A stretch of DNA of 64,000 nt from a virus (IMGVR_UViG_3300032312_001422:64001-128000); one strand, 5' to 3'; positions 1 to 9,398 are shown, counted from the stretch's first letter. The notes: a model not told the origin generated them from the sequence alone. Program-made: numbers and translations.

Positions 1-1
1 A

Positions 2-664
2 CTAGATCGTATCAATCACAACATCACAGTGATCAACTTGCACCGACAAATTATCAATCGCAACCTGTTGGACATCAACGATCAGGATACGCTCAACTAC
101 CTACACAATATTTTTGAAATACATCACGGGTTATTAGATCAACAAGATGACGTCAATTGGTTAGAGCTTCCCGAAAGTGTTCAACTTGCCTTAGCGGACC
201 TAAACCTGTGTGTGCATCGTTGCGAAAGTGTTGCCCGTGGTGCTAGTCCTAGGCATGTGGTCACTTGGTACGGTTTGCCCAAAACTGACGTTCTTGACCC
301 AGCGGATTATGATTTGGTACAATACACCTGGAGTGCCGGTACTGTGTTTTTGAACTACGCAGAGATTGGAAAGACCCTAGAAGACCTAGCATTTGACAAT
401 GACCAATATATCAAACCTGGAGCTTTTCAACCATTTAGACATTACTCGGCAGATTTTGTGGTAAGATTTTATGAGCAAACTCCCAAGCAAGCACAAGAAA
501 AACGTGCTATAATAGATGCATACTACAGAAGTCAGCGAGCATTTTTTGGAGAGTGGCAATCATGCTATCGGCCGGGTGCTATAGCAGTGGCAGACATTGT
601 AGACCCAGTACCATTTAAGGAATTAGAAACAAGGCAGTACATTAAATCAGTATCATTTACATAG
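2..664 (+). CDS. hypothetical protein, 5'-partial
   Basis: Frame is open from the window edge with no stop upstream of the GTG at 29; no family recognised. Confidence 0.7.
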   Translation, partial: LDRINHNITVINLHRQIINRNLLDINDQDTLNYLHNIFEIHHGLLDQQDDVNWLELPESVQLALADLNLCVHRCESVARGASPRHVVTWYGLPKTDVLDPADYDLVQYTWSAGTVFLNYAEIGKTLEDLAFDNDQYIKPGAFQPFRHYSADFVVRFYEQTPKQAQEKRAIIDAYYRSQRAFFGEWQSCYRPGAIAVADIVDPVPFKELETRQYIKSVSFT

Positions 665-672
665 GAAATATT

Positions 673-1293
673 ATGCCAAATTTTGTGCCAACAGTATTAG
701 AAAAAACAAGCAATGGTGAACGTGCTTACGACATTTACAGTCGTTTGCTCAAGGATCGCATTGTGATGCTGGACACAGATGTCAACGAGCATAGTGCAAG
801 TTTAATAGTAGCACAAATGTTATTTTTAGAAAGCGAAGATCCCAATGCAGACATATTATTCTACATTAATAGCCCCGGCGGTAGCGTTACAGCAGGTTTG
901 GCTATCTACGATACAATGCAGTTTATCAAACCCGACGTTAGCACTATTGTACTGGGCCAGGCTTGCTCCATGGGCAGTTTTCTTGCCCAATCAGGAGCCC
1001 GAGGCAAACGAATAGTCCTACCAGAATCACGCACAATGATTCATCGTGTTAGTTCGGGCACTCCCGGCACACGTGGTAGTGTACACGTACAAGAACTACA
1101 GTTTGAAGATGCCAAACGTAGCTTTGAAGAAAGCCAGCGGTTAAATGAGCGTCTAACTGAACTGTATGTCCGACACAATACCGCAGGAAAAACCTACGAC
1201 GAACTGTTTGGCGACATGAAGTTTGACACATTCTTGAGTGCCCAGCAAGCAGTTGAGTACGGCCTGGCAGACCAAGTGATTGAAAAACGATAA
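673..1293 (+). CDS. clpP: ATP-dependent Clp protease proteolytic subunit
   Basis: DIYSRLLKDRI, YINSPGGSVTAGLAIYDTMQ; catalytic Ser (ACSMG), His (MIHR) and Asp (FDTFLSA). Confidence 0.97.
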   Translation: MPNFVPTVLEKTSNGERAYDIYSRLLKDRIVMLDTDVNEHSASLIVAQMLFLESEDPNADILFYINSPGGSVTAGLAIYDTMQFIKPDVSTIVLGQACSMGSFLAQSGARGKRIVLPESRTMIHRVSSGTPGTRGSVHVQELQFEDAKRSFEESQRLNERLTELYVRHNTAGKTYDELFGDMKFDTFLSAQQAVEYGLADQVIEKR

Positions 1294-1368
1294 ACAAATA
1301 GTATAATCATTGTTGCCCTGCAATAAATAATTATATCAGTATAAACACTGAGAACATTGGAGAGCAAT

Positions 1369-1482
1369 ATGAAAGTATTAAAATTTATCTGGTCTGTACT
1401 TATGGACATAGCTCAAGCTAGCCATTCAGCACATTTAGCACGTAACGGACAAATTGAGCGAGCCAAATCCGCTTACAAGTAA
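1369..1482 (+). CDS. small protein (37 aa), not in ORF track
   Basis: GGAGAG RBS then MKVLKFIWSVLMDIAQASHSAHLARNGQIERAKSAYK*; TAAATA box at 1324-1329. Confidence 0.55.
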   Translation: MKVLKFIWSVLMDIAQASHSAHLARNGQIERAKSAYK

Positions 1483-1483
1483 C

Positions 1484-2041
1484 ATGTTTGTCACAGAGTT
1501 TCTCTCATCTAAACATCACTATCAGTATGGTGATTGGTTAAAAAGCCAAGACGAGGAAACACGTCAGCTGTATTTTGGTGTAACCACTGGCCCAGGACTG
1601 ATTGAAAGTCTAATAGACCGCATAGAAGTGCAATCAAATCAACACGAAATTCTAGTAGCACAAAATTGCACAGAGTGGTTGGGCACATTACACATTGCCA
1701 AAATGAGTGACTCGGAAGTGGAATTTGGCATAATTGTTCATCGAGATTATCGTGGTGAAGGCATTGCCAACACGATGTTACAAGAAGCTATTGTGTGGGC
1801 TCGCAATCGTGGCTACACAGACTTGTTTATGCATTGTTTGGGTCATAACAAACCCATACAACACCTGTGTCAAAAACACGGACTCCTGCCACGTAACATA
1901 ATGGGTGACAGCGAAGTAAAAGTAAAATTAAATCCTCCAAGTTGGGCCACCATTGCTTCTGAAGTTGGCATTAATCAACGCAATATCTATCACACATTCT
2001 TACAAAAAAGCCAATTGTTGTATCAAGAGATCTACGGCTAA
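1484..2041 (+). CDS. GNAT-family acetyltransferase
   Basis: EFGIIVHRDYRGEGIANTML acetyl-CoA motif and NKPIQHL; ATG at 1484 preferred over TTG at 1454. Confidence 0.8.
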   Translation: MFVTEFLSSKHHYQYGDWLKSQDEETRQLYFGVTTGPGLIESLIDRIEVQSNQHEILVAQNCTEWLGTLHIAKMSDSEVEFGIIVHRDYRGEGIANTMLQEAIVWARNRGYTDLFMHCLGHNKPIQHLCQKHGLLPRNIMGDSEVKVKLNPPSWATIASEVGINQRNIYHTFLQKSQLLYQEIYG

Positions 2042-2065
2042 ATACTCCACAACAGGAGATTTTCA

Positions 2066-2500
2066 ATGAAACACATTCTAGCCTTATTATTGCTGGTGCC
2101 TGCACTAGCCCTTGCACAAAAAGCACCCACAGGTGTGACCTATGACGCACAAATTGTTCGCGTCAGTGACGGTGATACTATTGTAATCGCCGCACCATTC
2201 CTACCTGCTCCACTCAAGCCCGAACTTGCTGTTAGAATCTACGGAGTTGACACTCCAGAAAAAGGATTCCGTGGTCAATGCGACAGCGAAAAGGCTCGTG
2301 GTGAAGCTGCCTCAGAGTTTACTAAGAAAGCTGTGAAATCAACCAAAAAGCATCAAGTTATCCTGTATAGCTGGGACAAGTTTGGCGGCCGTGTGTTAGG
2401 CGACATGATCCTGGATGGTGTTAGCTTACGTGCCGAATTGATTCGTAACGGCTTTGCCCGTGAATACTACGGCGACGCTAAACAGAGCTGGTGTAACTGA
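2066..2500 (+). CDS. thermonuclease (SNase-like) with signal peptide
   Basis: Signal peptide ending ALA; DGDT, VRIYGVDTPE and DKFGGR active-site motifs. Confidence 0.9.
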   Translation: MKHILALLLLVPALALAQKAPTGVTYDAQIVRVSDGDTIVIAAPFLPAPLKPELAVRIYGVDTPEKGFRGQCDSEKARGEAASEFTKKAVKSTKKHQVILYSWDKFGGRVLGDMILDGVSLRAELIRNGFAREYYGDAKQSWCN

Positions 2501-2528
2501 TACCTGACCTGTTACTGTCAAGATAAAT

Positions 2529-2558
2529 AATAGGGTAACTACAAATTACCCTATTTTT
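2529..2558 (+). terminator. terminator-like hairpin overlapping a late promoter
   Basis: AATAGGGTAA-ctacaaa-TTACCCTATT followed by TTT; TAAATA at 2524-2529. Confidence 0.5.
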
Positions 2559-2568
2559 ATGACTGATT

Positions 2569-5427
2569 ATGCGATATAAAGAACTGCTTTCTGAACAACA
2601 ACTAGACGAACTACGCATGAGCCCAGGCAGTCTTCGTGCTTTTGCCGCCAGTCCCGAAGCCGAAGGTATACGTGCTGGTTTTGAAGCAGAACTGGTATTT
2701 ACTGGGCTGGGTGGCGAAGGCGAGTACGATGAAGATCCAGAACCCGATTACGATGCCGACGAGCGTGCCTACAGCATACAACAGGTCATAGACTTTTTTA
2801 GCAACGACGAATATGGTTATGCTGCCTATGGTCGTGATCTAGACAACCTACAAGATGGTCTAGATGAAAAATACATGGAATGGTCAGACGACCAAATGTA
2901 TCAGGCTTTCCGCAATGAAGCCGATGATTTAGTTCGTAAAATATGGTTGGATGAACGTCCAATGATAGAACGTGTGCATGACTACCTGGTTGAGGGCATG
3001 GACATGGACGATAGAGAAGCTGATCGTATACAAGCAGTTGGCGACGAGGCTCCCAAATTTGAAACCAGCTCTGAAGCGGCTGCGTACATGAAACAAAATC
3101 CCGACTATGCTCTTTACGTTGAAGCAGTAGAAGGTGCAGAAGAAATACTTGAAGAAGATGTTGAACAAAGTGTCAAGGATCAAGACGGGTACTACGATCA
3201 AGCACTGGATGAGTTCCGCGATGATTTTTATGTGGACGATGACAGCGGTTTCTTCAGTGATGTTGGTTTGCGTTGGATGAGTGACATAGCCAGCGAATTT
3301 CAGCTGATGTGGCCAGTAATGACTTATACCGGTCAGAGCAGTGAAGGCGGCTTCAATCAGGAAAATGCCGAACAATTGGCTGATAGTTTGGAAAGTGCGT
3401 TGGGAGTCAAGACCAAGGTGTCGAATAACTATCACTCTGCCACACGTGATGATGAGACTTGGATTTTTGAACCAGACATGAGTTTGGATGCAGACGATTC
3501 AGATAACATGCCTGTGGAGATTGTTAGTCCTCCTATGCCACTAGAAGAATGCCTACGCCAAATGGAAAACTTCTTTACCTGGGCTGAATCAAACGGTGCT
3601 TACAGTAATAGCTCAACTGGTTTCCATATGGGTGTTAGTTTACCTGTCACAGGTGGACAAGTTGACTATGTTAAACTGGCCCTGTTCTTGGGTGACGAAT
3701 ATGTGTTGCGTGAGTTTGGTCGTAGTGGTAATCGCTTCTGCGAAGCTGCTATTAAGAAAATACGTGGCCGTGTCAAGGGCAATAAAGAAGCTGTTGGCGG
3801 TGCAATGGAGTTGATGAAACACAACCTGCTTGAACTAGCCCAAAAGGCTCTAGAAATCAACAATCACGGATTTGGCAAATACACCAGTATCAATCCACAA
3901 GGTGGCAACGACAGCACTAGACCACACCTAGAACGTGGTGCCAAATATATTGAGTTCCGCTCAGCTGGTGGATCAAACTACTTTGAAGACATTGACAAAC
4001 TAAAGAATACATTGATGCGTTATGCCAAGGCCATGACTGTGGCGGCCAGTCCGGCAGCAGAACGCAAAGAGTACTACAAGAAGTTGTACAAGTTAATCAG
4101 CCCACCTGAAGGTGATCCTGCGTTGGATTTGTTCAGTCGTTTTGCTGCCGGCGAAATTTCAAGTACGGATCTTAAAAAGAGTTGGGCAGAAAAACAGTTG
4201 GAAAAAGAGCCCAAAGGCGACTGGAAGTTCTGGAACGCATACAATGGTGTTGCTGTACCTGGTCACGAGTATCACGGATACACTAAATCAGAAGCAATAG
4301 AAAAAGCCAAACAAAAACTACAACCGGGTAGTAGTATGGAAGACTTCTTGAAAGCCTATAAAATATTACCAATGCAGTCAAAGACTGGTGACTGGGAAGT
4401 ATACAATGTTAACACCGGAGAAACATTGGAAATCTTGAATGGGTTTGAAACCAAAGGTGCAGCCGCTGATAGTGTATACGACAAATATGCTGATCAAGGT
4501 ATTGGGTTTAACTTACGTCCAGCAGATCCAGAAGCACCAGAGAAGCCATTGAGTCCACGTGAGAAGTTGGCAAAGAATATTAAATCTGCGCCAGCAGAGC
4601 CAATTAAAAACTGGAAAATTTACGATACCAAGACTGGCGAAGTACACTACGAACAAGAAGGTCGTAAGAGTAGCTTGGTACAGACTATGCGTAAGTTTGA
4701 ACGTGATAACAAGTTACCACAAGGGCGCCTGGCTATTGAGGAGATTCCTGCAGAAGAACCTGCTGTACCAGACAATATGGATCCAGCAGTGGCCAACGTA
4801 AAACGCAAATGGGAATTTTATTATTCTGGAACTGGCCGAGTGCTTGACACAGTAGATGACATCAATATGATGCAGGCCAATGCTGTTCTTGCTGACGTGC
4901 AACGTCGTTACGATGATTTGCCGGCTGATCAAATACGTATGCGTAGCGTACCCACTGAGGCCAGTGCAGAACGTGCCAGGGCTAGAAATAACAATGTGCA
5001 AGACACAGATATGGATGTGGCACAAAACTTTGGTGGACCACCAGCTGGATTCCAAACACAACGTCCTGCAACGGGTGACTACTATGAAGTACGTGGTGGC
5101 AATAATCGTGTCTACGGATACATCACCGGAGACGATGGGCGTGGCAACAACAGCAATGATATAGCCCGCAATTCAAAGCGTTATGTTGATGAATTGACTG
5201 GCACCGACGGAGCCTATATAGAATACCGTGCTGGCGATCCTGTGCAAGAAGTAGATGGCACAGGCGAACCTATCTGGCAAATTTACGAACGAGAGTCAGG
5301 GCATGTGGTACAAGAATTTAGTGCAGAAGATCAACCAACCGCTCGAGAAGAAGCACAAGAGTGGTTGCGTGACATTGGCGCAGAAAATCCTAATCTGTTC
5401 GGTGTACGACCCAAGATGAGTGCATAA
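2569..5427 (+). CDS. large putative amidoligase (COOH-NH2 ligase) with C-terminal repeats
   Basis: GFEAE, EIVSPP, STGFHM, KYTSIN and IEFR motifs; about six W-x-(I/V/F)-Y repeats in the C-terminal part. Confidence 0.7.
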   Translation: MRYKELLSEQQLDELRMSPGSLRAFAASPEAEGIRAGFEAELVFTGLGGEGEYDEDPEPDYDADERAYSIQQVIDFFSNDEYGYAAYGRDLDNLQDGLDEKYMEWSDDQMYQAFRNEADDLVRKIWLDERPMIERVHDYLVEGMDMDDREADRIQAVGDEAPKFETSSEAAAYMKQNPDYALYVEAVEGAEEILEEDVEQSVKDQDGYYDQALDEFRDDFYVDDDSGFFSDVGLRWMSDIASEFQLMWPVMTYTGQSSEGGFNQENAEQLADSLESALGVKTKVSNNYHSATRDDETWIFEPDMSLDADDSDNMPVEIVSPPMPLEECLRQMENFFTWAESNGAYSNSSTGFHMGVSLPVTGGQVDYVKLALFLGDEYVLREFGRSGNRFCEAAIKKIRGRVKGNKEAVGGAMELMKHNLLELAQKALEINNHGFGKYTSINPQGGNDSTRPHLERGAKYIEFRSAGGSNYFEDIDKLKNTLMRYAKAMTVAASPAAERKEYYKKLYKLISPPEGDPALDLFSRFAAGEISSTDLKKSWAEKQLEKEPKGDWKFWNAYNGVAVPGHEYHGYTKSEAIEKAKQKLQPGSSMEDFLKAYKILPMQSKTGDWEVYNVNTGETLEILNGFETKGAAADSVYDKYADQGIGFNLRPADPEAPEKPLSPREKLAKNIKSAPAEPIKNWKIYDTKTGEVHYEQEGRKSSLVQTMRKFERDNKLPQGRLAIEEIPAEEPAVPDNMDPAVANVKRKWEFYYSGTGRVLDTVDDINMMQANAVLADVQRRYDDLPADQIRMRSVPTEASAERARARNNNVQDTDMDVAQNFGGPPAGFQTQRPATGDYYEVRGGNNRVYGYITGDDGRGNNSNDIARNSKRYVDELTGTDGAYIEYRAGDPVQEVDGTGEPIWQIYERESGHVVQEFSAEDQPTAREEAQEWLRDIGAENPNLFGVRPKMSA

Positions 5428-6482
5428 TGTTTATTGCTGACCTATTTGAATCTAATGTAATGGAAACATTTAACCAGCCTTACCCAATCACATGGGAAGA
5501 AGGCGAATTTGGCTCATACGATGCCTTGGCAAAGTTAGATGACGGCACCAATTTAAGTATTATGTTTAACTTGGAGTCGGGAGGCCCAGGAGGCATGGAT
5601 GATGAATGGCAAATAGAATTTTGGCGCAATAACAGTTTAGAACTCACCGGTGAAGGCGATGCCCAACGAGTATTTGCTACGGTACTAACAGCTATTCAAG
5701 AGTTTATTAAAAAAGAAAATCCAGAGCGTGTGCGTTTCAGTGCTGCCAAAGACGACAATGACAACAATCAGAGCCGGGCTAAATTGTATAGTCGACTAGT
5801 TCGGCGTTATGCCGCATCATGGGGATATAGTGTTGATGTTTCTGAGTATGCAGGTTCTACTGTTTATGAACTAATCAACAATCTCAATGAGATTACTGCT
5901 GTACCCACTGTGGCCAAAAGCAAACGTCAACACTTGGATGTCATGCCCAACGATGGAAAGCCGATTCCTAAAGGTCAAGAAGCCGACTACCTAACAGACT
6001 TTGTTAGTAAAATGCCCGGCGGACATGAGTTATGGAGTTGGAAAGATCGCGGGACAACAACATACTATGTGTACAATCCTGAAACACGCATTAGTCAGTT
6101 GGCCACTACTGGTCGTTCCTACTCTGAAAATCAAGATAGCTTTGTGGTAATGGGCACATACTCTGGTCCCAAGAATACTTACCGTGCCGCAGACTTGTAC
6201 GCATTTTTAATTTTACGACTTGGTATTACCTTGGTCAGCGACAAAAAACAAAGTGAAGGTGGACAACGTGTTTGGCAAGAACTACAGCGTCGCTATGGTC
6301 GTAGCATAAACATACACGGCTTTGATACTAACACCGACAGGCCAGTGAATGTAAAACCAACCCCAGCCGATGAACCCGACACCTATGTGGATCGAGACAC
6401 AGTTCATAAAGCTGGACCACAGGGCAAAAAAGAGTTGGCCACCATCAGTAGAGATCTACGTTTCGTAGCCAGTGCCCGATGA
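5427..6482 (+). CDS. hypothetical two-domain phage protein, possible head protein
   Basis: MFIADLFE leader; TGEGDAQRVFATV...SRAKLYSRL domain, then an SDKKQSEGGQRVW domain (degenerate GNAT-like by eye). Confidence 0.6.
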   Translation: MFIADLFESNVMETFNQPYPITWEEGEFGSYDALAKLDDGTNLSIMFNLESGGPGGMDDEWQIEFWRNNSLELTGEGDAQRVFATVLTAIQEFIKKENPERVRFSAAKDDNDNNQSRAKLYSRLVRRYAASWGYSVDVSEYAGSTVYELINNLNEITAVPTVAKSKRQHLDVMPNDGKPIPKGQEADYLTDFVSKMPGGHELWSWKDRGTTTYYVYNPETRISQLATTGRSYSENQDSFVVMGTYSGPKNTYRAADLYAFLILRLGITLVSDKKQSEGGQRVWQELQRRYGRSINIHGFDTNTDRPVNVKPTPADEPDTYVDRDTVHKAGPQGKKELATISRDLRFVASAR

Positions 6483-6880
6483 GAGCCCAAGAATTTGTCA
6501 CTGAGTCTCAAGCTGTATCTAGCGAACAGGTGTGGCAATATGTCAAAGATATACACCCAGAGGATCAACAGGGTGGTGGCTTTTTAGAAAAACTAATCAA
6601 ACAATATCCACGGTACCAATTGCGTACTGTACCATTAAACAGTTTACGCATACCTGATCAAGAATATGACGATGAAGAACAAGATACCAAAACTGATGAT
6701 CCCTACAATCGTGCTATGTTTGTAGATCCCCGCCATGCCGGTGAACACAGTCAACACAATGTGGATCGTAATCCCATTGTGATAGATGCCAATGGCTATA
6801 TATTAGATGGTAATCACAGAGCCTGGGCTGCAGCAGAATTGCTGGGACGTAGTAATATAAAAGCCTGGGTACCTGTATAA
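6479..6880 (+). CDS. ParB/Srx-like domain protein
   Basis: PIVID...ILDGNHRAWAA motif. Confidence 0.7.
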   Translation: MRAQEFVTESQAVSSEQVWQYVKDIHPEDQQGGGFLEKLIKQYPRYQLRTVPLNSLRIPDQEYDDEEQDTKTDDPYNRAMFVDPRHAGEHSQHNVDRNPIVIDANGYILDGNHRAWAAAELLGRSNIKAWVPV

Positions 6881-6885
6881 AACAC

Positions 6886-6909
6886 AAAACCCGCACTAGG
6901 CGGGTTTTT
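6886..6909. terminator. bidirectional intrinsic terminator
   Basis: AAAACCCGC-actag-GCGGGTTTTT between convergent genes. Confidence 0.85.
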
Positions 6910-6944
6910 CTTTGATATATTATTGTTTTTATTTACATTGAATT

Positions 6945-7550
6945 TTAAATCATTGCGTATGCGATAGTTCTTGTAATTTCGTTTTCGTTGAGATACGCAA
7001 CAAAATTACTATCTCTCCAGTGATTTTCGGTGAAATCGGCAGCATTGGTATAGGTATGAACAGCAATCAGTTGTGTTCCAGTGTTAGTAAAACTTACTAA
7101 TTTGTCTGACGCCTCTATAGAACTTGTAAAAATATCAAAGAAACTATCGGCGATGTTGGAATCAAATGTATAAGTTGTGGTACAGCTAAATGCAGAAGAA
7201 ATTCCAGTTAATGTGTATTGACCAGTTGGGTGAGTTAATCCGTTAGCTTCGGCGTAGGCAAAGTATTCTTTGTCAAGTGCAACACCAATGCAAGTGTCGG
7301 TGGTTGACCAAGTAGACATTGAATCAAAAGTTACTTTATTTGTTTGAGTCAACAAATCTGTAGAAAGAGTACGTTCAATAATAATTGACCCCGATACATT
7401 AGTACTTCGTTGATAGGATTCAGTATTGGTCGTAAAAGTATATGGACCTGTTGCCGCTTTGAAAGACACCAGTTCTGCATTATCAGTTTCATTGAAAAAT
7501 GGAATACTGGTATTGGGTCTACTAACAATTTTTGTTTCTACGATTGCCAT
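6945..7550 (-). CDS. hypothetical Thr/Ser-rich protein
   Basis: Only long ORF in the interval; ATG at 7550 lies just downstream of a minus-strand TAAATA box near 7573-7578. Confidence 0.7.
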   Translation of the reverse strand: MAIVETKIVSRPNTSIPFFNETDNAELVSFKAATGPYTFTTNTESYQRSTNVSGSIIIERTLSTDLLTQTNKVTFDSMSTWSTTDTCIGVALDKEYFAYAEANGLTHPTGQYTLTGISSAFSCTTTYTFDSNIADSFFDIFTSSIEASDKLVSFTNTGTQLIAVHTYTNAADFTENHWRDSNFVAYLNENEITRTIAYAMI

Positions 7551-7626
7551 GGGTAAATTCCTTGTGATATTGTATTTATGCGTCAAACGCTAACAGTCGA
7601 TCTGTTGTGAAAAAACAACACTTTTT

Positions 7627-7682
7627 GGTTGTCCAAAAAATCCATTTAATCTATAATAGTATTTATAGTGATAAACAAGGAG
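7627..7682 (+). promoter_or_regulatory. sigma70 early promoter + RBS cassette, copy 1
   Basis: TTGTCC-17bp-TATAAT then TAGTGATAAACAAGGAG; 51/56 identical to 7900-7955. Confidence 0.85.
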
Positions 7683-7688
7683 TAGAAA

Positions 7689-7895
7689 ATGGGTTTAGAA
7701 AGCCGTGTTTTAGATACAGTTCAAAAAGTGTTAAAAAAGGACAATGCCGCTGGTTTTACCAATGGTTGCTTGTTTGTGGCCTGTGATGAAGCAGAAGCCC
7801 GCAAGGTTTTTCACCGTTTGAGCCGAGATTTTGGTGTGGGCAAGGTGTTAATAAATGGCCCAATTCAAGGCGAATATGCCTTTGATATAATCTAA
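7689..7895 (+). CDS. small early hypothetical protein
   Basis: AAGGAG RBS directly after the promoter cassette. Confidence 0.8.
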   Translation: MGLESRVLDTVQKVLKKDNAAGFTNGCLFVACDEAEARKVFHRLSRDFGVGKVLINGPIQGEYAFDII

Positions 7896-7899
7896 AAAC

Positions 7900-7955
7900 G
7901 GTTGACCCAAAAAGACATTTAATCTATAATAGTAGTTATAGTGATAAACAAGGAG
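7900..7955 (+). promoter_or_regulatory. sigma70 early promoter + RBS cassette, copy 2
   Basis: TTGACC-17bp-TATAAT then TAGTGATAAACAAGGAG. Confidence 0.85.
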
Positions 7956-7960
7956 CAAAA

Positions 7961-8176
7961 ATGAAGCTAGAAATTGGAACTCAAATTACCTGGGTCAGTG
8001 CCGCAGGCAAGTTAAGCGGTACAATTAAAAACATTGTTTTGGCCAAAAATGCTGCTGATAAAGTTGTTCCTTGGATTGATGTAGTATATGGCCAAGATTG
8101 TGGTGCTAGGTTGTGTGCCACTGATAGCAATCTTAAACAACTGAAAGTTCAATATTTAAAATTGGAGACTGTATGA
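7961..8176 (+). CDS. small early hypothetical protein (SH3-like beta pattern)
   Basis: RBS in the cassette; ATGA overlap with the next gene. Confidence 0.75.
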   Translation: MKLEIGTQITWVSAAGKLSGTIKNIVLAKNAADKVVPWIDVVYGQDCGARLCATDSNLKQLKVQYLKLETV

Positions 8177-8448
8177 TTGACATCGTAGATATTCGTACCG
8201 CTATTGTTTCAGGTCGTTTTACCAACGCCGAACTAGATACTATACAAACGGCTATGACATTTGCTCGCAGTCAGCTTGCCAAAACGAAGATTCGTTCGTT
8301 TAACCGAGGTGCCATGGTCAAGTTTACCAGCAACCGAAATGGTCAATTTTATGTCGGTACCGTGGAAAAAGTAGGCATCAAGAATATCACAGTTCGTACC
8401 GCTGTGGGTCTATATCGTGTGCCGGCCAACATGTTGGAGTCAGTATGA
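8173..8448 (+). CDS. small early hypothetical protein
   Basis: Translationally coupled by ATGA overlaps. Confidence 0.75.
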   Translation: MIDIVDIRTAIVSGRFTNAELDTIQTAMTFARSQLAKTKIRSFNRGAMVKFTSNRNGQFYVGTVEKVGIKNITVRTAVGLYRVPANMLESV

Positions 8449-8537
8449 TAATTATTGACATTGGCCTGGTCCTGATGGCTGTGGGTGGTTTTGGTCTAAT
8501 TGCAACTTTTTTGATATGGTGGAACTTGCGTGGATAA
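8445..8537 (+). CDS. 30-aa single-TM peptide, not in ORF track
   Basis: MIIIDIGLVLMAVGGFGLIATFLIWWNLRG*; ATGA overlap. Confidence 0.55.
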   Translation: MIIIDIGLVLMAVGGFGLIATFLIWWNLRG

Positions 8538-8685
8538 TTTTTTAATTGAAGTAGATTACGATCCTGTTAGCGGATCTTATATGGCCTGCTATGCTAATGG
8601 GCAGAACATTTTGTTGGGTGGCAACACTTACCAAGATGCGGTGCTAGAAGCAGATTTAATCAATCCCGAGGAGTATGCATCATGA
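8530..8685 (+). CDS. 51-aa acidic protein, not in ORF track
   Basis: GTG start; DNFLIEVDYDPVSGSY...EEYAS*; coupled to the next gene. Confidence 0.55.
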   Translation: MDNFLIEVDYDPVSGSYMACYANGQNILLGGNTYQDAVLEADLINPEEYAS

Positions 8686-8810
8686 AATCATTTATTTTAG
8701 GTACCATTTTTGGTTTGATTTTGGCTACTGTGGGTTTCAGTGGTATTGCTAACATTTTAGACAAAGGTGTGCAGACCGTTAAGACTCAAAGCCAGGAGTT
8801 GGCCAAATGA
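8682..8810 (+). CDS. 42-aa membrane peptide, not in ORF track
   Basis: GAGGAG RBS; MKSFILGTIFGLILATVGFSGIANILDKG...; ATGA overlaps on both sides. Confidence 0.7.
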   Translation: MKSFILGTIFGLILATVGFSGIANILDKGVQTVKTQSQELAK

Positions 8811-8947
8811 AAACCGTTGCTATTGTTGTCCTGGTTGGCATGCTGACCGCTTGCGGTACTGTGGCCGGTATTGGTAGCGACATCCAAAAGTCCGCAGAAT
8901 GGACCCGAGACAAGATGTCTGGTACCAAATTGGATTCTACCAAGTAA
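8807..8947 (+). CDS. entericidin EcnA/EcnB-like lipoprotein (46 aa), not in ORF track
   Basis: AGGAG RBS; MKTVAIVVLVGMLTA-C lipobox followed by GTVAGIGSDIQKSAEW. Confidence 0.75.
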   Translation: MKTVAIVVLVGMLTACGTVAGIGSDIQKSAEWTRDKMSGTKLDSTK

Positions 8948-8975
8948 TTTTGGTAAAAGGAATTTCATATTATGG

Positions 8976-9004
8976 TTGACTTGTAATTCGAATTAACCTA
9001 TAAT
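8976..9004 (+). promoter_or_regulatory. sigma70 promoter
   Basis: TTGACT-17bp-TATAAT. Confidence 0.8.
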
Positions 9005-9072
9005 ATGAAATATGTTGGAGTGTGTCCAGCATAAATTGTAGTATTTTTTTAACTTAAAGATGGAGTTTTAAA

Positions 9073-9393
9073 ATGGATAAATTGTTCAAAGTTGGTGGTG
9101 TTTCTAAAACTAAAGGTCAGTATAAGGTGCGTTTTGCCGGTGACATGACTCGTATCAAGATCTTGGCCAAGACTGATAGTGATATCAATCTTATGGAATT
9201 GCCTAAGGCAATGTCCAAGCCAGAGTTGGTCACTTTCTTAAAGACCACAGAATTGTATGCCAATGGCGACTATCGTGCCGCAATTGATGCTGCTGATGCC
9301 AAGTACAATGGTACAGTAAGTGCCAAAGCTGGTAAAGTCAAGCCAAGTCTTGAAGCTATCAAGGCTCGTGCAACAGCCAAAGAAGCAGTATAA
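9073..9393 (+). CDS. basic hypothetical protein
   Basis: GGAG RBS; Lys/Ala-rich, possibly nucleic-acid binding. Confidence 0.8.
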   Translation: MDKLFKVGGVSKTKGQYKVRFAGDMTRIKILAKTDSDINLMELPKAMSKPELVTFLKTTELYANGDYRAAIDAADAKYNGTVSAKAGKVKPSLEAIKARATAKEAV

Positions 9394-9398
9394 TAATC

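Noticed and set aside
2929-3435. Long antisense or alternative-frame ORFs in the track (e.g. 2929-3435, 33063-33467, 34851-35597, 48264-48677)
   Set aside because: They shadow well-supported genes on the opposite strand and have no RBS or recognisable motifs.
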